Virus record (IMG/VR): IMGVR_UViG_3300010372_000004
Location: 1 to 64,000 of that record
DNA: 64,000 nucleotides
Source of the DNA: a virus
Strand: one strand, 5' to 3'
In this document: positions 16,725 through 26,843 of the stretch, piece by piece
Position numbering within the stretch: the first letter of the stretch is position 1
Layout of the letters: every line of letters begins with the position of its first letter
The notes under the pieces: generated by a model
Databases searched by the model: none
What the model was told of the DNA's origin: nothing
The model's input: only the letters and a program-made list of their open reading frames with translations
Position numbers and translations under genes: made by a program

Positions 16725-17195
16725 TTATTTTTTAGCATAAGAGAAGCGTTTACTACCATCGGTTTTAGTTGATAATTTTGGATTCTCTTTAAGAATAACT
16801 TTAACAAAATCATCTGATACTTTAAGCTTGAAGTAATTTAGAGGGTCACGACCTGATTTTTTAATCAGCGCAGCCACTGCTTTTTCATCAACAATTTGAC
16901 TTGTTGTTTTGGTGATTGTTAAACCATACGATGACCCATATTTTCCAGCTGCAGGGTCTAAACTTTTGACTTCTGTTTCAATCTGTTCAATAAGATCAAT
17001 AACTGGTCCATAAGCTACCACTAATTTAGCTCTAAGCTTAATTAATTCTTCCAAAGTTTGGTTAAATTCCAAACTTTGTTCTTCTCCATTTTTAGATTTT
17101 TTAGCTTTATTAACCAATTCTTCAATTTTGTTTTGAACATCTTGAAGGGTTAATTTTGCATCATTTGTAGCAACTGTTTCATTTAAAGTGTTCAT
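16725..17195 (-). CDS. Hypothetical coiled-coil basic protein
   Basis: 156-aa ORF with AAGGA RBS. Confidence 0.8.
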   Translation of the reverse strand: MNTLNETVATNDAKLTLQDVQNKIEELVNKAKKSKNGEEQSLEFNQTLEELIKLRAKLVVAYGPVIDLIEQIETEVKSLDPAAGKYGSSYGLTITKTTSQIVDEKAVAALIKKSGRDPLNYFKLKVSDDFVKVILKENPKLSTKTDGSKRFSYAKK

Positions 17196-17222
17196 GGTCT
17201 TTCCTTATTTAACGAGGGGTGG

Positions 17223-17639
17223 TTATTTAACTGAGGTAATATCGAATAGGGTTGTGAATGTAATCTGTAAATCTTCAACCACTGGTTTGCTTAAAAGCAA
17301 ATAAGAGTTCAGTATGGTTGGGTGGATATTCTGTCTTACCGCTTCAGGCATTAAGTAGCGAACATCGGCATACATCATTTTACTACCCATACCTTCAAGC
17401 TGGATTCGTTTTAAATGGGTATTTTCCATATCGAAGACAACTTCCAAACCTTTGGAATTTTCAGTGTCAAAGATATGGGTTAGGATACCTCCATTCCATT
17501 TAACATATAAATTGTCTGCAATTCGATATTGGTTTCTATCCCGATTACCTTTGTAGACAAGATTATGTGCAAAACCTACATAGTTTATTAACTTTCTATA
17601 TAGGACTTGAGATAATGTTGGTGTTTGTATCTCAGACAT
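17223..17639 (-). CDS. Hypothetical protein
   Basis: 138-aa ORF with GGAG RBS. Confidence 0.8.
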   Translation of the reverse strand: MSEIQTPTLSQVLYRKLINYVGFAHNLVYKGNRDRNQYRIADNLYVKWNGGILTHIFDTENSKGLEVVFDMENTHLKRIQLEGMGSKMMYADVRYLMPEAVRQNIHPTILNSYLLLSKPVVEDLQITFTTLFDITSVK

Positions 17640-17684
17640 ACGTTCTCCATTGTTGGTTAATTCTTCAACTACTTATTTTTAAGC

Positions 17685-17711
17685 AAAAACCCAATCCTAA
17701 GATTGGGTTTT
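17685..17711. terminator. Terminator
   Basis: AAAACCCAATC-ctaa-GATTGGGTTTT. Confidence 0.8.
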
Positions 17712-17730
17712 ATTAACTGATTTACATTAA

Positions 17731-18600
17731 TTATTTACGCTGGCTGTATGTTCCAATAAGAACATTATCCAATTCGCTTTGAATAAGTTTTTGGAAACTA
17801 TCAGCAGCAATTAAATAATGCGCCAATAAACCAATTGGTTTTAAGCGATAAAATACTGCAACACCAGCACCTTCTTTTTCTTGGAAGTGAGTATCTACAC
17901 GGAAGCGAATACTTTGTTCTTCTAAACCAAGATATAAGTCTGTAGTGAAAATAAAATCTGTTGCCAAGGTGTTGCCTTCAGCTTCAATGGCAATTTTTTC
18001 CATGTCTGAAGCTTCATAACCTAAAGCACCAGTGTTTAATTTTGAAGTGCTGTTTTTGTCAATTTTGGCATTACGAATACCAGTAATTGCTTGAGCAAAA
18101 CCGATGTTTTGACCATCTTTAAAAGCATCAACATTTGCACTACCAAGGAAATTTTCAAGAGCTTCTGCAAAAGCAGTTGCATTTAAATATTCACCAGTTG
18201 TGCGAACAAATTCGATGAACAATGGGTCTTTGCGTAATTTAAGAACCGCAATGTCGTCAGCGTGACCAGCGTTTTTGTAATCGCCAAAGTTAAGCACTGT
18301 TGTTGCTGTAAGTGATACTTCAGGATTTTCTGCATCAACAAAAGTACGCTCTAATTCAGCACCTTCTTCAGAAATTCGTGACTTCACATAATCGAAGAAT
18401 GAAGCTGTATCAAGAGTGTTGAAGTGACCACGGAAACGATCACGAACTGGTTCTAAAGATTCGTCATGTGTGTCTTGCACTTCAAAATCTTTATGAATAA
18501 TCACTTTACCTTTTTGCAATTCAACAGCTTTGTAGTCTTTTGCAAAATCGTAATTTTGAGTATTACCAATTGCTGCCAATTCTGCTTGTGTATATGACAT
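17731..18600 (-). CDS. YfdQ / DUF2303 family protein
   Basis: RDRFRG.F.T....SF..Y, FVDA, LNFG...AGHADD.A.L. Confidence 0.85.
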   Translation of the reverse strand: MSYTQAELAAIGNTQNYDFAKDYKAVELQKGKVIIHKDFEVQDTHDESLEPVRDRFRGHFNTLDTASFFDYVKSRISEEGAELERTFVDAENPEVSLTATTVLNFGDYKNAGHADDIAVLKLRKDPLFIEFVRTTGEYLNATAFAEALENFLGSANVDAFKDGQNIGFAQAITGIRNAKIDKNSTSKLNTGALGYEASDMEKIAIEAEGNTLATDFIFTTDLYLGLEEQSIRFRVDTHFQEKEGAGVAVFYRLKPIGLLAHYLIAADSFQKLIQSELDNVLIGTYSQRK

Positions 18601-18652
18601 TTTACTATTCCAATTTAGAGATTAAAATTTGATGTTACTTTGTGGGGTTTAA

Positions 18653-19033
18653 TTAACTTGCTTGAAAACCTGTACCAGCTGGTAGCCCTGAACCCATACT
18701 TGGATTAATACCGTCTTCTTTTGCTTTCGGTGGTGTGTCTACCAAACCTTTTTGTGGGTCCATGAAGAAAACGCTTTCACGTGTTTCATCTTCTTGTTTA
18801 GAACCTTTCTGGGTTGGCATTTTATAAGCCAATTTTGCGTTGACTTTAACACCTGTTTCAGAGTCTTCAGACATTTTATCAATGGTTAACTCCAAGACTA
18901 CTTTACCTGTCTTTTTAGCACCATGAACAAGTACAGCCATTGCTGTATCAGTCAAGACTTTTGAAAGAACTTTTTCAGTGACTCCACCACCAAGTGAACC
19001 CATAAATTCTGAAACATTTGTGGATTTAGACAT
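18653..19033 (-). CDS. YfdP-like protein (usual partner of DUF2303)
   Basis: TNVSEFMGSLGGGV..K.L...L...A.AV..H.K.GKV.LEL; P..KG...EDET. Confidence 0.75.
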   Translation of the reverse strand: MSKSTNVSEFMGSLGGGVTEKVLSKVLTDTAMAVLVHGAKKTGKVVLELTIDKMSEDSETGVKVNAKLAYKMPTQKGSKQEDETRESVFFMDPQKGLVDTPPKAKEDGINPSMGSGLPAGTGFQAS

Positions 19034-19131
19034 AGCCTACTCCTTTTATCGTTGGCTTTTACTTAAACAAAACCTCAGAGGTAAATCGAGTTGATTTGCA
19101 TCTGAGGTATTACAACACATTACTTAAAAGT

Positions 19132-19689
19132 TTATTTCATGTCAACATTTTCTATGCTTAAACTTTCAGTAATGGCTTTTACACCTTCTTCACCAAGTAA
19201 AGCTAAAGCTTGGTGCTTTTTGGTATTTTCAATTAAACGAGCAACTGCCAAGTCTACAGCTTTCTTTTCTCGTTCTGCTGTTTTATTGGTTTCACTTGAA
19301 CCAGCCAGAGGTAGGACTTGCACCAGATACTTCAAACGCAATGGGTCAATTTGTAATTCCAGTTCTGAATAGGTCATAACCTTTAAAATTTCTACAATAG
19401 TGTAAGGTTGTGCAGAATTTACTTCAGTTGGCATAACTCCATAAATAGTTTTTTCTGGGATTTTATGTGGTTGTGTAAACTGTTCAAGCCCATTCAAAAC
19501 CAATCCGACTTGTTCTGGTTGAACCTCTTTTTGTTGCTGAATAATTTGATCATACTGTTCCTTGGTTACTTTCGCAGTATAACCACGGTCTTGAGATTTA
19601 GGATAACGATATTCTACAAAGAAAATTTCTTCATCCATTAATGCTAAAATTGCTGCTGCTGCTTGTCCACGTAATGTGTTTGAAGTCAT
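19132..19689 (-). CDS. Hypothetical protein
   Basis: 185-aa ORF with AAGGA RBS. Confidence 0.8.
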   Translation of the reverse strand: MTSNTLRGQAAAAILALMDEEIFFVEYRYPKSQDRGYTAKVTKEQYDQIIQQQKEVQPEQVGLVLNGLEQFTQPHKIPEKTIYGVMPTEVNSAQPYTIVEILKVMTYSELELQIDPLRLKYLVQVLPLAGSSETNKTAEREKKAVDLAVARLIENTKKHQALALLGEEGVKAITESLSIENVDMK

Positions 19690-19700
19690 GGTGATTTCCT

Positions 19701-19940
19701 TTATGGGTTTTTTGGGGGATTTAAATTCTTTTCAGCTCTTAAAAAATTAACTATCTCATTAATTTTTTTATTTGCTGTTGAATCAGACATCACTGGTGTT
19801 TTTACCTCAGTACCATTTTTTATAATAAAAACAATACCTTCTGCGATATTTGGGTTACTTGATTTGTGGTAGGTTGTTGCTCCTACCACATGATTTAGGT
19901 CTATAATGAAGTTTTCAATGTACCACCAGTTGGGTTTCAT
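19701..19940 (-). CDS. Hypothetical protein
   Basis: 79-aa ORF, AGGAG RBS. Confidence 0.75.
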   Translation of the reverse strand: MKPNWWYIENFIIDLNHVVGATTYHKSSNPNIAEGIVFIIKNGTEVKTPVMSDSTANKKINEIVNFLRAEKNLNPPKNP

Positions 19941-19942
19941 AT

Positions 19943-20332
19943 TTACTCCTTTTTCTTTGGTTGAATACCAATACAGTCAAAACCTACGATCTTGGTTGAA
20001 GAACCCCGATCATCTAAAAGAATACCGTAAACACTAACATTGACTCGGTCATTGTCCATGAAATGAATATCGACACATTCATAATTAACGTCTGTTCCAT
20101 TTTCATTTTTGAAGATGTTATAAGCGTCAAATTCTAAATGAGACCATTCGTGTAGTGACACTCCATGCTCTCGAACTGTGTTCAAGGCATAGCCCATCAA
20201 TTTTCTTACTGTCGCCCAATCGGTATCCTTTGTGTCAGTCAATTGTTTGATAGTATTGTCATTGTGTTTTTCAAAAATCTTTACTTTTTTGGTGTCTAAA
20301 ACACCGACTGCTTTTTTCTGAGGTTTAGACAT
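19943..20332 (-). CDS. Hypothetical protein
   Basis: 129-aa ORF coupled to neighbours. Confidence 0.75.
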   Translation of the reverse strand: MSKPQKKAVGVLDTKKVKIFEKHNDNTIKQLTDTKDTDWATVRKLMGYALNTVREHGVSLHEWSHLEFDAYNIFKNENGTDVNYECVDIHFMDNDRVNVSVYGILLDDRGSSTKIVGFDCIGIQPKKKE

Positions 20333-20747
20333 TTTCCACCTTCGGAGTAACTGCTGGGATTAAGTTTGCAATCGGACCTAATGCTTGAAGACTGATCACC
20401 ATTTCTGCTGTGGTTTTGAGGGTTTCAAACCCATCAATTATTCTATCCACAATTTGAGACCAAGATTCTTTTTCAAAGGGTTCCCATTTTACTGGTTCAT
20501 TTCCAGTAAATTTAAACCATTCATTTTCAAAAGTATCATCATCAGCATCTAAAAGAACGCCACTGAAGACAAAATCAAAAATTTTGGCACAATCGTCATA
20601 ATAATCGCCTGTAGTGTTTTCATTGGTGAAGCCCAATCCACCAGCTAAGAAAGTACCTAAAGCTTGCTCTTTCAATTTGATTAAAACCTGTCGGTGAAGA
20701 CCTCCAATTTTTTCAATGTGTTGGTCTAAATAATCTGTATTAATCAT
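20325..20747 (-). CDS. Hypothetical acidic protein
   Basis: Start moved to MINTDY after AAGGA RBS. Confidence 0.75.
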   Translation of the reverse strand: MINTDYLDQHIEKIGGLHRQVLIKLKEQALGTFLAGGLGFTNENTTGDYYDDCAKIFDFVFSGVLLDADDDTFENEWFKFTGNEPVKWEPFEKESWSQIVDRIIDGFETLKTTAEMVISLQALGPIANLIPAVTPKVENV

Positions 20748-21201
20748 TTGGTGTTTCCTTCGTTTGTTCCATTTTACGGATGTGATCTTCAATCGCTTTC
20801 CGTAATGGTGTTTGGTTTGGTTTAAAACTTCTGATAGAAGAAATGTTTTTACTAAACTTTTCTACCATAATGTTTTTTTCAAAAACATGAAGAATATCCT
20901 TATCTTTAACATTTAAATAAGGAGTTAGACTTCTATTTATACCTAAAGAACCTTGATAACATTTAGATAATTTCTGATTGAGTTCAAGAAGGTAACTTTT
21001 TAACCCAAAACCTTCTTTTTTGACCTCAGCAGTTCTTCTTAAATCTTCAATCGTTAATTTTATTCCAAAACCAGCTGTTTTATCCATCAAGATAGATGGG
21101 TTTATTTTTTGATGCGTTTCAAATAGTTTTTCCAGTTTTGAAAAATCTGCTTTTACTAAATTAAAAGGTGAAGAACAACTCCACCGTTTTGTTTTATCCA
21201 T
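20740..21201 (-). CDS. Hypothetical basic protein
   Basis: Start moved to MDKTK after GAGGA RBS. Confidence 0.65.
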   Translation of the reverse strand: MDKTKRWSCSSPFNLVKADFSKLEKLFETHQKINPSILMDKTAGFGIKLTIEDLRRTAEVKKEGFGLKSYLLELNQKLSKCYQGSLGINRSLTPYLNVKDKDILHVFEKNIMVEKFSKNISSIRSFKPNQTPLRKAIEDHIRKMEQTKETPND

Positions 21202-21202
21202 T

Positions 21203-21436
21203 TTAATCCTCAACATTGTAAGGGTCATAAGGGTCAGGAATCTTTAGATCGTGTAAAGCATTCACCATTCCGCAATCAAATTCTTTACGTCCAAAAGGGT
21301 CATCCTGTTCTAACCACAATCGTCTGGCAGTTTCTGAGTTGGGACTTTTATTCCACTCAGAAACTACATATTGATAACCACGGTTATGTAAATCTTGTGG
21401 GTCTTCTTTGAAGAAGTTAACCAACCATTTAAACAT
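21203..21436 (-). CDS. Hypothetical protein
   Basis: 77-aa ORF coupled to neighbours. Confidence 0.75.
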   Translation of the reverse strand: MFKWLVNFFKEDPQDLHNRGYQYVVSEWNKSPNSETARRLWLEQDDPFGRKEFDCGMVNALHDLKIPDPYDPYNVED

Positions 21437-22127
21437 TTACCGATTCCTTTTCTTTCAATACTTTAGTAATGACACGCTTTGGTACTCGTTCTAAGTACCA
21501 GCAGTTGCTATGTCCAGACTTTGCGATAAACTTTGCATCAGGATTCTTTTTGATGTAGTAACCTACAGCTTCTGCTGTAATATCACCACGGAAAAACAAT
21601 TCTGAAATATACTTATATTCCTGACTCATATTGAATATTGGCTTAGTCAAAGCCTGTGCTTCAGTCAATAATTTTGCAGTGCTTGGAATATCTTTTTTCT
21701 TCAAGATCATTGCTGTTTTGTACTCTGGGCGACCTTTACGATCTCGCTTATATTCGTATGAAACTTCATAACCCAATAAATTGGTTAATATCTTTTCCAT
21801 GCAATTTAAGCCACAAGCACCATCTACTTTTAAGTAATCATCTTTAAAAGAAAAACCATAAAAATTGTCACATTGTCCAGTCAGTTCTAGTAAAGCATTC
21901 TTGAATTGATCTTTGATAAATTGACCAACTGCTGACCCTTGCATATCATAACCACCGCCACATTCTCGGTACTTTCCATCGTTTCCGCAAACACCAGTTA
22001 AAGTGACTAAGTTATACCCATAAGTATTCTGACCACGGCTTGTACCATAGGTGAATGCTAACTCCAAATATTTCGGTAAATTAGCAAAAGTTTCTGGTTT
22101 CATTTTCATATTTTTCATGTGAGACAT
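21429..22127 (-). CDS. Early hypothetical protein
   Basis: SRGQNTYGYN, CGGGYDMQG, DGACG motifs; strong RBS. Confidence 0.85.
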   Translation of the reverse strand: MSHMKNMKMKPETFANLPKYLELAFTYGTSRGQNTYGYNLVTLTGVCGNDGKYRECGGGYDMQGSAVGQFIKDQFKNALLELTGQCDNFYGFSFKDDYLKVDGACGLNCMEKILTNLLGYEVSYEYKRDRKGRPEYKTAMILKKKDIPSTAKLLTEAQALTKPIFNMSQEYKYISELFFRGDITAEAVGYYIKKNPDAKFIAKSGHSNCWYLERVPKRVITKVLKEKESVNV

Positions 22128-22172
22128 TCCTGTATTTAGGTTAAATTTACTTTTAAATTTTGAAGTTACTGA

Positions 22173-22508
22173 TTACTCAGTAACTTCAATCCAGCCATTT
22201 GAAACTACAACACCTTGCTTCACTAGCATCACATTTTGGTGTACTTCACCTTGTTTGATATTGAACCAAGTATTAAAACCCAATGCTTCACAAATCGCAT
22301 TGATTCGGTTTCGTGTAGTGTTTGTGACATAACCACAGAAATTTACTTTCAATTTATTTTTACTGTGATCATATTCAGCAATACGATTTCCATGTAAATC
22401 AATTGTTGATATTTCTGTTGCAACAGAATATTTAACTGTTGTGTTAGATACCGACAAACTTCCACGTGTTTTTAAGGCTTGAGTTACTTTAGTTTCAGCT
22501 ACGTTCAT
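22173..22508 (-). CDS. Early hypothetical protein
   Basis: LHGNRIA...G..T.TT..RINA pattern seen in small phage early proteins. Confidence 0.85.
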   Translation of the reverse strand: MNVAETKVTQALKTRGSLSVSNTTVKYSVATEISTIDLHGNRIAEYDHSKNKLKVNFCGYVTNTTRNRINAICEALGFNTWFNIKQGEVHQNVMLVKQGVVVSNGWIEVTE

Positions 22509-22580
22509 GGTTTTGCTCCAAGGTTTTTGGTTAATAAGTTTGGTTTGGTTAATAAGTTTGGTTTGATTAATTGAGTTTAG

Positions 22581-23699
22581 TTAAACAGTTTGAGTCATAC
22601 CTAATTTTTTATAATTAGGTGTGAACTCAACATCTTTCATTTCTTTGTAGTAATCAAAATGTTCAATCACAGCAGCTTCTGATTCAAAACCACCGCATGA
22701 TTCATTCTGATTAATTACATAAGCTTCAAATCGTGAGTCATATTCACAATCATCTTGATCTTTATATTTCCAAAGATCATTTTCAGGGACAATGAAGTAA
22801 ACTTCACCCCAATACCAATCTCCTTCAAGGTATTGATTCACAACTTTAAGTACATTTTCATAACCTTCTGGTTTTTCTGAAATAATTAAACAATTTGAGG
22901 AATCATAATCAGAAGCTGTGTCAATACTGAAATTAATGTGACTTTCACCTAATTGACCCCATTCCACATATTGATTGCATTCAACATAAATATACTCAAG
23001 ACTTTGAGTTAAACGTGTTTCAAAGTCTGGGTCTGGAATCATGAAAAAATTCTCAAAGTTATACGTGTCGTAATAACCACGTAAGAATAAATCCAGAACA
23101 TTATCCAAATCAGTGACGTTGTTTACTTCAAGTTTTTCAAGCATCTCCACATAACGAGACGTTGTTGCTTCAATCCAGTCGGAGCCTGTCTCATCAACAC
23201 AGTTTTGAATACGCTGATACAGATTGTCATTCTGAAAAATCACCAATTCTTTTAAATAAATGGTTTCAGTGATTTTTTCAAACACTTCATATCGGTCAGT
23301 ATTTTCAACTTGTTTCATATATTCAATATGTGAATCAACAAGTGGTTTCCACCACTCTTTGAATATGTGTTTAGCTGCTGAATCAAAATCAACTTCTTGT
23401 TTAAAAGTATGGGTGCTTGCCAAATCTTTTACAGTGATTTCCCAATGTTTCACGGCTCTTGAGAAACCATCTCCTACAGCTTCATAGCCCTCATCCATAG
23501 CTTGACATACAGAAGCATACAAAGAGGAAGCACCATTAAAAATGTCAGAGCGTATTTCTTCATGTTTAAACCCATTGTGTGAGATTGAATTATCTTCCCA
23601 GTCTGAGTAATCACCCAGAGTGTTCCACGGGCGTTCATCATCTTCAATTAAAATAGCGTAATTACTTTTATCAAAGCGATGGATGTTATGTTCAGTCAT
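22581..23699 (-). CDS. Highly acidic early protein
   Basis: 372 aa, D/E/Y-rich; QYLEGDWY and ESCGGF motifs. Confidence 0.85.
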   Translation of the reverse strand: MTEHNIHRFDKSNYAILIEDDERPWNTLGDYSDWEDNSISHNGFKHEEIRSDIFNGASSLYASVCQAMDEGYEAVGDGFSRAVKHWEITVKDLASTHTFKQEVDFDSAAKHIFKEWWKPLVDSHIEYMKQVENTDRYEVFEKITETIYLKELVIFQNDNLYQRIQNCVDETGSDWIEATTSRYVEMLEKLEVNNVTDLDNVLDLFLRGYYDTYNFENFFMIPDPDFETRLTQSLEYIYVECNQYVEWGQLGESHINFSIDTASDYDSSNCLIISEKPEGYENVLKVVNQYLEGDWYWGEVYFIVPENDLWKYKDQDDCEYDSRFEAYVINQNESCGGFESEAAVIEHFDYYKEMKDVEFTPNYKKLGMTQTV

Positions 23700-23745
23700 T
23701 TCGATATTCCTATATTTAGGTTATTTAATTTCTATTTTTCAGCGT

Positions 23746-24099
23746 TTAAGCTGCTGAAACTTTAGGGGTTTTGTCTTCTAAACTTTTTAATAAAAAGTTC
23801 AGTAGCTCGTATAAAGGACCACCGATGTTGTGTGTTGTGGTTACATCAGTGAAGATTATATTTAGAATATTGGTTAATAATTTTTCATGATCATAACCAA
23901 TTTTGTGGTAAATAGAAGCTTCTGAGGTTCCAGTAGATTTTACATGTTCTAAAAGATACTGAAGTGTTCCCAGTTCTTTATCAATTAGGTCAAAAACCCC
24001 TGCTTGTTTTGCTCGCATTTTAAAATCAGTGCTGGACAACACCTGTGCAATTGTTGCCAATTCAAACGATTTAATAATCACCTTACTAATTAAGCTCAT
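23746..24099 (-). CDS. Hypothetical protein
   Basis: Start moved to MSLIS after GGAG. Confidence 0.75.
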   Translation of the reverse strand: MSLISKVIIKSFELATIAQVLSSTDFKMRAKQAGVFDLIDKELGTLQYLLEHVKSTGTSEASIYHKIGYDHEKLLTNILNIIFTDVTTTHNIGGPLYELLNFLLKSLEDKTPKVSAA

Positions 24100-24325
24100 G
24101 GTTTTTCTCCACATTAACGAAATAAGTTATTTCGGTTTGGTTGTTTTTTATGGCAGAAATTACAGTAACTGAATATTCACCATTCAGTTTTTTTCGTAAT
24201 AACGCCATGTTTACTGATCGTCGAAACTTTTCTGCTTCTTCTTTATCAGAAATGTTCCACGTGAAACCATCTATGGTTTCTTCAACAATATTATTGATAG
24301 CTTCTGATATTGGAAATTGTTTCAT
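24086..24325 (-). CDS. Hypothetical protein
   Basis: 79-aa ORF. Confidence 0.7.
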   Translation of the reverse strand: MKQFPISEAINNIVEETIDGFTWNISDKEEAEKFRRSVNMALLRKKLNGEYSVTVISAIKNNQTEITYFVNVEKNHELN

Positions 24326-24336
24326 AAGGACCTACT

Positions 24337-24939
24337 TTATAGTGTTTCAATTCGAATAATGTCGTGAGGGCTATAATCAACAATTCGTTCAGAACAGTCA
24401 CGACCATCTTGGTGATAACGTCGATTACGAACACGTGGGTCACTACCTAATAAACCTAAGTTTAAAAATACTTGACCTGTTTCGCTATCCACAAATTTTC
24501 CAAGCAGCATATACCACAGTCCGTTTCGAGTTTGAATTTTGCTGTGTTGTTTCACAAGATTGCTGTCCAACAAATCAAACTTTTTATGTGAGACATGATT
24601 TTTGTATGCTGCTGTTTTAATGATGAAAGAATTTTCACCTTCACCAACTGTTACTTTAACTACATCTGCTTGATTTGTTTCATTATTTGGTAAAAAACTA
24701 CCAGTTTCAGAAATAACAATTTCTGCACCAACTTGGCGATCTTCACGTTTAGAGTATCGGGTTAAATTAAATTTAACTCGTTTTGGTCCCGCTATGTGAG
24801 GTGTTTCCATTTGTGTTGTTTCACGTGGAACATCAGAAATCACGCTGGCGTTCAAAACTCGAAAGCTCAAACCGCTGGCTATTGTGATGAACTTGATTTC
24901 ATCAAGATGTTGAATAAAATTGTTTTCTTGGTTTGTCAT
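24337..24939 (-). CDS. Hypothetical protein
   Basis: 200-aa ORF coupled upstream. Confidence 0.8.
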   Translation of the reverse strand: MTNQENNFIQHLDEIKFITIASGLSFRVLNASVISDVPRETTQMETPHIAGPKRVKFNLTRYSKREDRQVGAEIVISETGSFLPNNETNQADVVKVTVGEGENSFIIKTAAYKNHVSHKKFDLLDSNLVKQHSKIQTRNGLWYMLLGKFVDSETGQVFLNLGLLGSDPRVRNRRYHQDGRDCSERIVDYSPHDIIRIETL

Positions 24940-25631
24940 ATCGGTATTCCTACAGTTTGTTTTAAAAAGATAACGTAACGATAGTCCATAGAGCTTTCAA
25001 ATTGTCTTATATAAATTCCAATTTCGCTTCTTATGAACTCTTTGATTATTTCACCATCCAAATATCCAGATATTTGAGTGGCTCTGTTTTTTTCCCATTT
25101 GTGGCGTTCCACGGTTGATAATGTGACATACGGTGGAACCCTCATCTTTACAAAGCCATAACCTAAGTCTTTTCTGGTAATTCGAACGACTGGGGGTTTT
25201 AGGTAATAACCTAGCAGAGTCAATGTAAAGTTGTCAGCCAACGCATTTGGATTAGCATGAGGTACATGTTCCAAATATGTATCACTGGTATTAATTGGTA
25301 CGAAATAACTTCCTGTCGGGTCTCCAATTAAAAGTCCATTATTTCGATATAAATACCAACGTAAAAATCGACTTGGGTGACGATAAATACTTTGACCATA
25401 AGGGTAAACATTCTTTAAAAAAGTGTTTCGTTTCTTCTCACTTTTTGGATGAATGCGTTGTGCTCTTTGATACGTGGAACGTACCAAAGACAACCAGTTG
25501 GCTGCAAAAGAACCACTAGGGCATTGATTACCTTCCCAGTCCATAGCTTGTCTGGCTCGGTAATAAGCAGACTCATGAACTTTTTCAGGATTTAAAGGAA
25601 CCAAAGCTGGGTCTTTGTCGAAATATTTCAT
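24936..25631 (-). CDS. Hypothetical basic protein
   Basis: 231-aa R/Y-rich ORF. Confidence 0.8.
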   Translation of the reverse strand: MKYFDKDPALVPLNPEKVHESAYYRARQAMDWEGNQCPSGSFAANWLSLVRSTYQRAQRIHPKSEKKRNTFLKNVYPYGQSIYRHPSRFLRWYLYRNNGLLIGDPTGSYFVPINTSDTYLEHVPHANPNALADNFTLTLLGYYLKPPVVRITRKDLGYGFVKMRVPPYVTLSTVERHKWEKNRATQISGYLDGEIIKEFIRSEIGIYIRQFESSMDYRYVIFLKQTVGIPI

Positions 25632-25640
25632 AGTTTACTC

Positions 25641-25829
25641 TCAAGCATAATTTTTTAAGCTTTTAAGAATTAGATCAAACTCTGCTGTTCCACAAGAAAA
25701 CAAACGTGAAACATAATCTTTTTCACCTTTTGTTGTTCTCCAACCTGTAATGCGTTTGATCTTAGCATTCGCTTTTTCTCTGCTCATGCTAAATTTAACT
25801 TCACCATCGTCTGATCTAAATTCAATCAT
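25641..25829 (-). CDS. Hypothetical protein
   Basis: 62-aa ORF with GAGGA RBS. Confidence 0.7.
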   Translation of the reverse strand: MIEFRSDDGEVKFSMSREKANAKIKRITGWRTTKGEKDYVSRLFSCGTAEFDLILKSLKNYA

Positions 25830-25834
25830 GGTTG

Positions 25835-26317
25835 TTATTCCTCATCAGGGTCAACAATTGAGACACAGAAATAATCACAAAATTGCCAATCTGTGTTATA
25901 GGCTTCTCGTTTTGAGTATGTGACTTTAACATATTCAGAACCCATAAACTCCTTGAAAAAAGCATGTGGATAACGTGCCCATTCTTCTTTTTGAGAATTG
26001 GCAATCGTTAAAGTTTTCAATTTATTCAATGTGTTGTGTCGAATAAAGTAGCTTGGAACAGTTGACCAATGTTTTAATGGGTGGTGTTTGAATGCTAAAA
26101 ATAGCATTTCACCCACATCTGAATAATCGTTGGCAAGAATTTTAGCTATATAAATAGGGTATTCATACTTACCATCTTTGGCTGTCTGAAAGGCAAAATC
26201 CACATAGAAATTACCATTGGTTGGGTCTTTCTGGTGATTACAGACAACTATTCGACCATCGTTTTTTAATCGGTTGAATAATTGTATTGCTAAATTTGAA
26301 GTTTTAATACTCATCAC
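25835..26317 (-). CDS. Hypothetical protein
   Basis: 160-aa ORF, GGAG RBS. Confidence 0.8.
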   Translation of the reverse strand: MMSIKTSNLAIQLFNRLKNDGRIVVCNHQKDPTNGNFYVDFAFQTAKDGKYEYPIYIAKILANDYSDVGEMLFLAFKHHPLKHWSTVPSYFIRHNTLNKLKTLTIANSQKEEWARYPHAFFKEFMGSEYVKVTYSKREAYNTDWQFCDYFCVSIVDPDEE

Positions 26318-26344
26318 TATCTCCGACTTCGGTTAAATTTTATT

Positions 26345-26376
26345 TAAAACAACCACTTAGCTAAGTGGTTGTTTTA
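26345..26376. terminator. Perfect 32-bp palindrome, probable terminator
   Basis: TAAAACAACCACTTAG|CTAAGTGGTTGTTTTA. Confidence 0.7.
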
Positions 26377-26394
26377 CAATTAATGTTTAATCAT

Positions 26395-26450
26395 TTGATT
26401 AAGCGGTTGATTAAGCGGTTGATTAAGCGGTTGATAAAGCAGTTGATTAA
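26395..26450. repeat. 12-bp tandem repeat, about 4.7 copies
   Basis: TTGATTAAGCGG x3, TTGATAAAGCAG, TTGATTAA. Confidence 0.95.
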
Positions 26451-26773
26451 TCAGGAATAACAAAAGTCTTTTTGTATTCTTTTAACTTTTCAACTGCTTT
26501 ATCTTTGTCTTTATGATTTTGAAAACTGAGTGTTTTAATTCCAGCATTGTGTTTTGGAATTAAAACACGCAAAGTATATAAGCGTTCAGTTCGGTCAAAG
26601 TTGTCTTCAATAGTTAAGAAGAAAATACAACCATCTTCTCGTTTTTGAAGTTTTGTGCAAATCTTACTGCCCCAGAAATTCATACTTTCTGGGTCAAAGA
26701 AATGACCTTCTGGGTTCCACTGTTCGTATGCTGCGGTTAAGTCTGCATCTGTTACATAATTTGCTTTAGGCAT
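26447..26773 (-). CDS. Early hypothetical protein
   Basis: GHFFD..SM.FWGS motif; strong RBS. Confidence 0.85.
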   Translation of the reverse strand: MPKANYVTDADLTAAYEQWNPEGHFFDPESMNFWGSKICTKLQKREDGCIFFLTIEDNFDRTERLYTLRVLIPKHNAGIKTLSFQNHKDKDKAVEKLKEYKKTFVIPD

Positions 26774-26843
26774 GGTTAATGCTCCAAGGTTGTTTGGTTA
26801 GTTGGTTGGTTAATTGATTTAAGTTTAATTAAATTTATTAGGT

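Noticed and set aside
26395-26450. CRISPR-like array (also 32681-33080 and 5127-5173)
   Set aside because: No regular unique spacers, mixed orientation or only two copies, no cas genes, no match to the type I-F repeat as I recall it.
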